This document shows, piece after piece, positions 44,230-64,000 of a stretch of 64,000 nt of DNA. Every line of letters begins with the position of its first letter. Position 1 is the first letter of the stretch. This stretch comes from the human T2T-CHM13v2.0 reference genome, Homo sapiens, in assembly GCF_009914755.1 (NCBI RefSeq), contig NC_060938.1; one strand, 5' to 3'. Position numbers and translations under genes: made by a program. The notes below the pieces were generated by a model that searched no databases, had not been told where the DNA came from, and saw only the letters and a program-made list of their open reading frames with translations.

Positions 44230-45185
44230 GAAGGAAGGTGGCACGGGAACTCCCAGGACGCCACGGGAATCCCCGAGGCAGCGCGAGCCCGGAGAGAGTG
44301 GGGAAGGATGAACTCTCTAACACCTCCCCGCCCCTTGCCTCCCAGATCAGGCCAGGTCCTCTCCCCGCATGGCCCTACGACCCGAGTTCCCTCCCGAGTC
44401 AGCAAGTACAAGCTGGATGGGTCCTGAGCCGGTGGGGAATAGAGAAAGGCCCTGCAAGGTACCCAGGCCCACAAACAAAAGAAATGGGTTCTGCCCACGG
44501 GCCCGAGGATTCAGTAGAAGGAAAGTGGGGACGCTGTCCCCCGCCCCAAAGGCACTGACACTGGGCGACACACGCTGAGCCTCTCACGCCGACGGGCCTC
44601 TCACGCCGGAGCCGGCAAGAAAGGTCGGCGCCAGCCCGCGGGCTCTCAGGAGGCTCGGCAGCGCGACGCGCATGCTCAGTCGGGCAGCTCTCCGGGCCGG
44701 CGTGGGAGCCCGCGCTCCAAGGCCCGGTGGGGGGAGGGGTGCTCACGCAACCGCCACTGTCTGGAGCGGGCTCGCCTCTGCGGCAGCCCTCACCGCCCGG
44801 GCTTTACTGAAGCGGAGTCTAGCATGTGCGGCTGCTCCACAGCGGTGTGGGTGGCGGCGGCTCCTCTGCAGCAGCCTCGGCAGTAGGGGTCACGGTGGCC
44901 AAGCCCACCGTGGAGCTCATCTGAGAGTTGTAAGGTACGGGACTGCCTCGGTCTTTGGGACGCCCCGTCTGGTAGCATCCCAGATCCAGCACGTTCCTTC
45001 CGGCCCTGCACCCCGGCCCGGTGCCTCACACCCCGCTACCCCATGCATCCAGACTCTAAGGCAGCCCCTGCATCTCAGTCCTGACATCGCTGTCCCTGGA
45101 GCATCCTCCGCTGGAGCTGGAGCTTGACAGGTAGGGTGGAGAGGGCGGTGGGGGGCGGGGGGCCGAAACTGCATCAATTAACGGG
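44230..45185 (+). promoter_or_regulatory. Second copy of the CARMIL3-derived CpG island
   Basis: Near-identical to 3770-4720. Confidence 0.75.
44895..44934 (+). pseudogene. Second decayed CARMIL3 exon-1 copy
   Basis: Identical to 4433-4472, including the donor. Confidence 0.8.
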
Positions 45186-46921
45186 GCCGTGGGGGAGGGA
45201 AGTCCTCCATTGCTAAGGCTTCAGTAGGCGTTCTATGATCACAGTGTAAACAAAGCTGCAGGGAAGCTCTAACTGGGCGGAACCCACCGCAGCTCAGCAA
45301 GGCCTACTGCCTCTCCAGATTCCACCTCAGGGGCCAGGGCATATCTGAACAAAAGGCAGCGGACAGCTTCTGCAGACTTCAGTGTCCTTGCCTGACAGCT
45401 CTAAAGACAGCAGTGGTTCTCCCAGCACGGAGTTCGTGCTCCGATAACGGACAGACTGCCTCCCCGAGTGGGTCCCTGACCCCCATGTAGCTTGACTGAA
45501 AAACACCGACCAGTAGGGGCAGAGAGACACCTCATACAGGTGGGTGCCCCTGTGGAACAAAGCTTCCAGAAGAAGGATCAGGCAGCAATATTTGCTGTTC
45601 TGCAGCCTCCTCTACTGATACCCAAGAAAATAAGGTCTGGAATGGACTTCCAGCAAACCCCCAAAGACCTGCAGCTGAGGGGCCTGTTAGAAGGAAAACT
45701 AACAAACAGAAAGGAATAGCATCAACATCAGCAAAGGACAGCATCAACATCAGAATAGCAAAGGACATCCACACTAAAACCCCATCCATAGGTCACCAAC
45801 ATCAAAGACCAAAGGTAGATAAAACCACAAAGATGGAGAGAAACCAGAGCAGAAATGCTGAAACTTCCAGAAACCAGAACGTCTCTTCTCTTCCAAAGGA
45901 ATACAAGTCCTCACCAGCAAGGGAACAAAACTGGATGGAGAATAAGTTTGATAACTTGACAGAAGTTAAGCTTCAGAAGGTCAGTAATAACAAACTACTC
46001 CCAGCTAAAGGAACATGCTCTAACCCATTACAAGGAAGCTAAAAACCTTCAAAAAAAGGTTAAACGAATGGCTAACTAGAATGAAGAATGTAGAGAAGAG
46101 CTTAAATGACCTGATGGAGCTGATAACCACAGTACAAGAACTTCATGAAGGATACACAAGCTTCAATAGCTGATTCAATCAAGTGGAAGAAAGGATATCA
46201 GTGATTGAAGATAAAATTAATGAAATAAAGTGAGAAGACAAGATTAGAGACAAAAAAATAAAAAAGAAACATTCAAATTCAGGAAATACAGAGAACATCA
46301 CAAAGATACTCCTTGAGAAGAGCAACCCCAAGACACATAATTGTCAGACTCAGCAAGGTTAAGGGCAGCCAGAGAGAAAGGTTGGGTGACCAACAAAGGG
46401 AAGCCCATCAGACTAACAGCAGATCTCTCAGCAGAAACCATACAAACCAGAAAAGAGTTGGGACCAATATTCAACATTCTGAAAGAAAAGATTTTTGAAA
46501 CTAGAATTTCATATCCAGCCAAACTAAGCTTCGTATGTGAATGAGAAATAAAATCCTTTGCAGACAAGGAGATGCTGAGAGATTTTGTCACCACCAGGCC
46601 TGCCTTACAATAAGAGCTCCTGAAGGAAGCACTAAACATGGAAAGGAACAACCGGTACCAACCACTGCAAAAACATACGAAATTGTAAAGACCATTGATG
46701 CTATGAAGAAACTGCATCAATTAATGGGCAAAATAACCAGCTAACGTCATGACAGGATCAAATTCACATATAACAATACTAACCTTCAATGTAAATGGGA
46801 TAAATGCCCCAATTAAAAGACACAGACTGGCAAATTGGATAAAGAATCAAGACCCATATGGTGTGCTGTATTCAGGAGACCCATCTCACGTGCAAAGACA
46901 CACATAGGCCCAAAATGAAGG

Positions 46922-48338
46922 TATGTCTGGAATTGGTGGGTTCTTGGTCTCACTGACTTCAAGAATGAAGCCGCGGACCCTCGCGGTGAGTGTTACAGTT
47001 CTTAAAGGCAGCGTGTCTGGAGTTTGTTCCTTCTGATGTTCAGACATGTTCAGAGTTTCTTCCTTCTGGTGGGTTCGTGGTCTTGCTGGCTTCAGGAGTG
47101 AAGCTGCGGACCTTCGCAGTGAGTGTTACAGCTCTTAAGGCAGCATGTCTGGAGTTGTTCGTTCCTCCCGTCTGGAGTTGTTCATTCCTCCTGGTGGGTT
47201 CGTGGCCTCACTGGCCTCAGGAGTGAAGCTGCAGACCTTCACGGTGAGTGTTACACCTCATAAAGGCAGTGTGGACCCAAAGAGTGAGCAGCAGCAAGAT
47301 TTATTGCAAAGAGCGAAAGAACAAAGCTTCCACAGTGTGGAAGGGGACCCAAGCGGGTTCCTACTGCTTGAAGGGGTGGCTTGCCCCTCCACACCTGTGG
47401 GTATTTCTAGTCAGGTGGGACAAGAGACTGAGAAAGAGAAATAAGACACAGAGACAAAGTATAGAGAAACAACAGTGAGCCCAGGGGACCGGCGCTCAGC
47501 ATACCAAGGACCTGCACCGGCACCGGTCTCTGAATTCCCTCAGTTTTTATTGATTATTATCGTCATTATTTCAGTAAAAAGGAATGTAGTAGGAGGGCAG
47601 GGTGATAATAAGGAGAAGGTCAGCAACAAACGTGAGCAATAGAATCTACATCATAATTCAGTTCAAGGGAAGGTACTATGACTGGACGTGCACGTAAGCC
47701 AGATTTATGTTTCTCTCCACCCAAACATGTCGGTGGAGTAAAGAATAACAAGGCAGCATTGCTGCAAACATGTCTCGCCTCCCACCATAGGGCAGTTTTT
47801 CTCTCATTTCAGAATTGAACAAATGTACAATCGGGATTTATACCGAGACATTTAGTTCCCACGGGCAGGCAGGAGACAGTGGCCTTCCTCTATCTCGACT
47901 GCAAGAGGCTTTCCTCTTTTACTAATCCACCAGAGCACAGACCCTTTATGGGTGTCAGGCTGGGGGACAGTCAGGTCTTTCTCATCCCATGAGGCCATAT
48001 TTCAGACTATCACATGGGGAGAAACCTTGGACAATACCCTGCTTTCAAGGGCAGAGGTCCCTGTGGCTTTCTGCAGTGCATTGTGCCGCCAAGGCCACAC
48101 CCACCCAGAACTCGTGCTGGCCTGCAAGTGCTGCGCACAGCCCCAGTTCCCGCCCATGCCTCTCCCTCCACACCTCCCTGCAAGCTGAGGAAGCCAGCTC
48201 CGGTCTCAGCCAGCCCAGAAAGGGGCTCCCACAGTGCAGCGGCGGGCTGAAGGGCTCCTCAAGCGTGGCCAGAGTGGGTGCTGAGGCTGAGGAGGTGCCA
48301 AGAGTGAGCGAGGGCTGCCAGCACACTGCCACCTCTCA
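46922..48338 (-). mobile_element. LTR12 solo LTR, duplicate copy, split by a truncated LTR5
   Basis: Same termini and aagg TSD. Confidence 0.92.
47369..48087 (-). mobile_element. Truncated HML-2 solo LTR at the site paralogous to the provirus
   Basis: Left flank matches that of the 3' LTR (6903); right junction matches that of the truncated 5' LTR (12979). Confidence 0.92.
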
Positions 48339-50274
48339 AAGGGATGGAGGAAGATCTACAAAACAAATGGAAAGCAAAAAAAAGCAGGGATTGCAATCCT
48401 GGTCTCTGATAAAACAGACATTAAACCAACAAAGATGAAAGGAGACAAAGAAGGCCATCACATAATGGTAAGGGGATCAGTTCAACAAGAAGAGCTAACT
48501 ATCCTAAATATATATGCACCCAATACAGGAGAACCCAGATTCATAAAGCAAGTTCTTAGAGACCTACAAAGAGGCTTAGACTCCCATACAATAGTAATGG
48601 GAGACAGTAACACCCCACTGTTAATATTAGACAGAAAACATGACAAAATTAATAAGGATGTCCAGGACTTGAACTCAGCTCTAGACCAAGTGGGCCTAAT
48701 ACACATCTACAGAACTCTCCACCCCAAATCAACACAATATACATTCTTCTCAGCACCACATCACACTTATTCTAAAATTGACCACATAATTGGAAGTAAA
48801 ACACTCCTCAGCAAATGCCAAAGAACAGCAATCACAACAAACTGTCTCCCAGACCACAGTGCAATCAAATTAGAACTCAGGACTGAGAAACTCACTCAAA
48901 ACTGCACAACTACATGGAAACTGAACAACCTGCTCCTGAATGACTACTGGGTAAATAACAAAATGAAGGCAGAAATAAACATGGTCATTGAAACCAATGA
49001 GAACAAAGACACAGTGTACCAGAATTTCTGGGACACATTTAAAACAGTGTGTAAATGGATATTTACAGCACTGAATACCCACAAGAGAAAGGAGGAAAGA
49101 TCTAAAATCAACACCCTAACCTCAAAATTAAAAGAACTAGAGAAGCAAGAGCAAACAAATTCAAAAGCTAGCAGAAGACAGCAAATAACGATGATCAGAG
49201 CAGAACTGAAGGAAATAGAGGCATTAAAAAAAAAACCTTCAAAGGATCAATGAATCCAGGAGCTGGATTTTTGAAAAGATCAACAAAATGGACTGCTAGC
49301 AAGACTAATAAGGAAGAAAAGAGAGAAGAGTCAAATAGACACAATAAAAAATGATAAATGTGATATCACCAGTGATCCCGCAGAAATACACACTACCATC
49401 AGAGAATACTATAAACACCTCTATGCAAATAAACTAGAAAACCTAGAAGAATTGGATAAATTATTGGACACATATACCTTCCCCAGACTAAATCAGGAAG
49501 AAGCTGAATTGCTGAATAGACCAATAACAGCTTCTGAAATTGAGGCAATAATTAATAGCCTACTAAACCAAAAAAAGTCCAGGACCAGATGGATTCATAG
49601 CCGAATTCTACCAGAGGTACAAAGAGGAGTTGGTACCATTCCTTCTGAAACTATACCGATCAATAGAAAAAGAAAGAATCCTCCCTAACTCATTTTATAA
49701 TGCCAGAATCATCCGGATATCAAAGCTTGGCAGAGACACAACAAAACAAAGAAAATTTTAGGCCAGTATCCCTGATGAACATCAATGCAAAAATCCTCAA
49801 TAAAATACTGGCAAACCGAATCCAGCGGCACATCAAAAAGCTTATCCACCACGATCAAGGTGGCTTCATCCCTGGGATGCAAACCTGGTTCAGCATAAGC
49901 AAATCAACAAACATAATCCATCACACAAACAGAACCGACAAACACCACATGATTATCTCAATAGATGCAGAAAGGCCTTCGAACAAAATTAAACACCCCT
50001 TCATGCTAAAAACTCTCCATAAACTTGGTATTCATGGAATGTAACTCAAAATAATAAGAGCTATTTATGACAAACCCATAGCCAATATCATACTGAATGT
50101 GCAAAAACTGGAAGCATTCCCTTTGAAAACTGGTACAAGACAAGGATGCCCTATCTCACCACTCCTATTCAACATAGTATTGGAAGTTCTGGCCAAGGCA
50201 ATCAGGCAAGAGGAAGAAATAAAGGGTATTCAATTAGGAAAAGAGGAAGTCAAATTGTCTCTGTTTGCAGATGA

Positions 50275-50421
<147 letters not shown>

Positions 50422-52641
50422 TGAGTGAAGTCCCATTCACAATTGCTACAAAGAGAATAAAATACCTAGAAATCCAACTTACAAGGGATGTGAAGGACCT
50501 CTTCAAGGAAAACTACAAACCACTGCTCAAGGAAATAAGTGAGGACACAAACAAATGGAAGAGTATTCCATGCTCATGGATAGGAAGACTCAATATCATG
50601 AAAATGGCCATATTGCCCAAAGTAAATTATAGACTCAATGCTATCCCCATCAAGCTACCACTGACTTTCCTCACAGAATTGGAAAAAACTACTTTAAATT
50701 TCATATGGAACCAAAAAAGAGCTGGTATAGCCAAGACAATCATAAGCAAAAAGAACAAAGCTGGAGGCATCACACTACCTGACTTCAAACTATACTGCAA
50801 GGCTACAGTAACCAAAACAGCATGGTACTGGTACCAAAACAGATATCTAGACCAATGGAACAGAACAGAGGCCTCAGAAATAACACCACACATCTTCAAC
50901 CATCTGATCTTTGACAAATCTGACAGAAACAAGCAATGGGGAAAGGATTCCCTATTTAATAAATGGTGCTGGGAAAACTAGCTAGCCATATGTAGAAAGC
51001 TGAAACTGCATGCGTTCCTTACACCTTATACTAAAATTAACTCAAGATGGATTAAAGCCTTAAATGTAAGACCTAAAACCATAAAAACCCTAGAAGAAAA
51101 CCTAGACAGTACCATTCAGGACATAGGCATGGGCAAAGACTTCATGATAAAAACACCAAAAGTAATGGCAACAAAAGCCAAAATAGACTAATGGGATCTA
51201 CCTAAACTAAAGAGCTTCTGCACAGCAAAAGAAACTATCATCAGAGTGAGAAGGCAACTTACAGAATAGGAGAAAATTCTTGCAATCTATCCATCTGACA
51301 AAGGGCTAATATCCAGAATACAAAGAACTTAAACAAATTACAAGAAAAAAAAAACAAATAACCCCATCAAAAAGTGAGTAAAAAGTATGAACAGAAACTT
51401 CTCAAAAGAAGACATTTACACAGCCAACAGACATATGAATAAATGCTCATCATCACTGGTCATCAGAGAAATGCAAAGAAAAACCACAATGAGATACCAT
51501 CTCATGACACTTGGAATGGCAACATTAAGAAGTCAGGAAATAACAGAAGCTGGAGAGGATGTGGAGAAATAGGAAGGCTTTTAGACTGTTGGTGGGAGTG
51601 TAAATTAGTTCAACCATTGTGGAAGACACTGTGGCCATTCCTCAAGGATCTAGAACCAGAAATACCAATTGATCCAGCAACCCCATTACTGGATATCTAC
51701 CCAAAGGATCATAAATCATTCTACTATAAAGACACATATACACATATGTTTATTGCAGCACTGTTCACAATAGCAAAAACTTGGAACCAACCCAAATGCC
51801 CATCAATGATAGACTGGATAAAGAAAATGTGGCACATGTATACCATGGAATACTATGCAGCCATAAAAAAGGATGAGTTCATGTCCTTTGCAGGAACATG
51901 GATGAAGCTGGAAATCATCACTTTCAGCAAAATATCACAAGGACAGAAAACCAAACACCGCATGTTCTCACTCATAAGTGGAAGTGGAACAAGCAGACCA
52001 CATGGAAACAGAGAGGGGATCATCATACACCAGGGTCTGTTAGAGGCTGGGGGGCTGGGGGAGGGATAGCATTAGGAGAAATACCTAATGTAAATGACGA
52101 GTTGATGGATCCAGCAAACCAACCTGATACACGTATACCTATGTAAAAAACCTGCACGTTGTGCACATGTGCCCTAGAACTTAAAGTATAATAATAAAAA
52201 ATGAAATTCTAGATAGAGCAATATCTCACAAAATTAATAATTCATTCCATTTAAATAGGCTATATCAGTCAGCCTCTGGCACCTACAGATCCATTCACTG
52301 TTTTCTTTTCTGGGTTCTTTTTTAAGTAAATAATTGGCCAACATTTAAAATTTAAATATTTCCTATTACCATCCGGATTTCTAGCTTCTGTTTAAATATC
52401 CCAAGGGCTGGCAGTGCTGAGCCAGCATTCTCAATGACAAACATGAGTGGAACTGGGTGTGCCTCAGATCTGCAAGTTGCAGTTCTGCAAGTTGGCCACT
52501 GCGACCTAAAGTGTGGTACCATTTTACCACTGAGCTTAAGCCACCACCAAAGTTTAAGCCATTCTATATACTATGCATAAGGGAGTACAGCAGCAGGTAA
52601 ATTCACTTTAGGGGGAAAAATTCATCAAAACTGCTTAAATC

Positions 52642-53207
52642 TGTGAAAATAAATAAAATTTAAAAGCTGTGGGAACCCCCAAAATCACTTTAAGCCTTGA
52701 GACGTGACTGGGATCTGAGTCGTATGTGGTTATAACTTCTGTTCTCAAATTATAGATTAACTAGCTTTCTTATTTTTCTTCTTCTGTACAATGACTAGAG
52801 AGAATTAAATGACATCATGGAAAAAAACCTCTGGCCTTCTTAATTAATGACCCTTATTGTATATTAATTTCCTATTGTTGTCCTGCTTTGCTTAGACCAG
52901 ATGACAAAAACCCACAATTACTACACCCTCTAAAAAACATGTTAAATGTATCCTTCCCAAAAAGAAACACTGCGTTTAACCTATCAAATGGCTGTAACTA
53001 TGTGCCAACCTTGTACGAATAATGTTATAATTTTGCTAAACACTCTTCTCTCTCTGCATATATAATTGAAACCATAACTTCTCTACTGCAGAATGCTGAC
53101 TGCATTCCTTTGGATTTGATGTTTCCAGATGGTCCATCCTCACACTTTGCACTTCAATAAACACTCCTTAAATTCAATTCTCACCCTTTTATTATTTTAG
53201 GTTGACA
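52642..53207 (+). mobile_element. ERV1-class solo LTR, duplicate of 17242-17807
   Basis: Same termini and aatc TSD. Confidence 0.75.
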
Positions 53208-53511
53208 AATCTTTTTTAAGGTAATTTGACCGTCATAGCCATCAATTTAAAACTTTGGCCCAGCGTACAAATGTATTTGTACCAAACACACAAAAATACA
53301 TATTCATCCAGTGTTGTTCACCATAGCATTGTTTGAAATAGCAAAACACTGGAAGCTACTTAAATATCCATCAGTAGGAGACTAGCTAAATAAATTATGG
53401 AATAGCCACACAATAGAATACTGTACAGCTATTTTATAAAAGAAGAGAGAGAATAAAGTAGGTCTATTATGTACCACTCATTAGCCAAGAATGTATTTTA
53501 AAAAATAAAAA

Positions 53512-63040
<9,529 letters not shown>

Positions 63041-64000
63041 AGACTTAAACGTAAGACCTAAAACCATAAAAACCCTAAAAGAAAACTGAGGCCATACCAT
63101 TCAGGAGATAAATATGGGCAAAGATTTCATGACAAAAACACCAAAAGCAATGGCAACAAAAGCCAAAATAGATAAATGGGACCTAATTAAAGAGCTTCGG
63201 TGCAGCAAAAGAATCTCATCAGAGTGAACAGGCCATCTACAGATGGGAGAAAATTTTTGCAATCTATCCATCTGACAATGGGCTAATATCCAGACTAAAA
63301 ATACTTAAACAAATTTACAAGAAAAAAACAAACAACCCCATCAAAAAGTGAGCTAAGGATGTCAACAGACCCTTCTGAAAAGAAAACATTTCTGCAGCCA
63401 ACAAAAATGAAAAAAGCTCACCCTCACTGCTCATTAGAGAAATGCAAATCAAAACCACAGTGAGATACCATCTCACACCAGTTAGAATGGCAATCATTAA
63501 AATGTTAGGAAACAACAGATGCTGGAGAGGATGTGGAGAAGTAGGAAGGCTTTTAGACTGTTGGTGAGAGTGTAAATTAGTTCAACCACTGTGGAAGACA
63601 GTGTGGCCATTCCTCAAGGATCTAGAACCAGAAATACCATTTGACCCAGCAATCCCATTACTGGGTATATACCCAAAGGATTATAAATCATTCTACCATA
63701 AAGATACATGCACACATATGTTTATTGCAGCACTGTTCACAATACACAGACTTGGAACCAACCCAAATGCCCATCAATGATAGACTGGATAAAGAAAATG
63801 TGGCACATACATACCATGGAATACTATGCAGCCATAAAAAAGGATGCGTTCATGTCCTTTGCATGGACATGGATGAAACTGGAAACCATCATTCTCAACA
63901 AACTAACACAAAAACAGAAAACCAAACACTGCATGTTTTCACTAATAAGTAGGAGTAGAACAATGAGAACACATGGACACAGGGAGGGGAACATCACACA
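63041..64000 (+). mobile_element. L1PA element 4: ORF2 3' region and 3' UTR, runs off the window
   Basis: agacttaaacgtaagacctaaaacc... through gggaacatcacaca. Confidence 0.9.

Overview
Primate (most likely human) genomic DNA from the DHRS4 gene cluster (14q11.2 in human). The window holds about 1.5 units of a ~35-40 kb tandem segmental duplication. In order: DHRS4-type exons 4-8 (95-3207, ending in the peroxisomal signal SRL); a CpG island; two decayed L1PA elements, the first carrying a nested LTR12 with a deleted HERV-K(HML-2) provirus inside it and the second carrying a solo LTR5; a complete 8-exon DHRS4L2-type gene (28612-43669) with a CGA>TGA nonsense codon in exon 4; then the CpG island and L1s again, with the provirus reduced to a solo LTR and extra L1s at the right end. 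The best lead is the CpG island after each DHRS4 copy. It contains a decayed copy of what I recognise as CARMIL3 (LRRC16B) coding exon 1 with its splice donor intact, so the duplication appears to have placed a neighbour gene's promoter upstream of the next paralog. An alternative-frame ORF through that exon splices in frame onto DHRS4L2 exon 2. Other leads: a templated-insertion junction, patchy gene-conversion tracts, non-viral filler in the provirus, and an apparently intact dUTPase fused in frame to RT. No tRNA, rRNA or CRISPR array was seen. Gene and repeat names are from memory, not from database searches.
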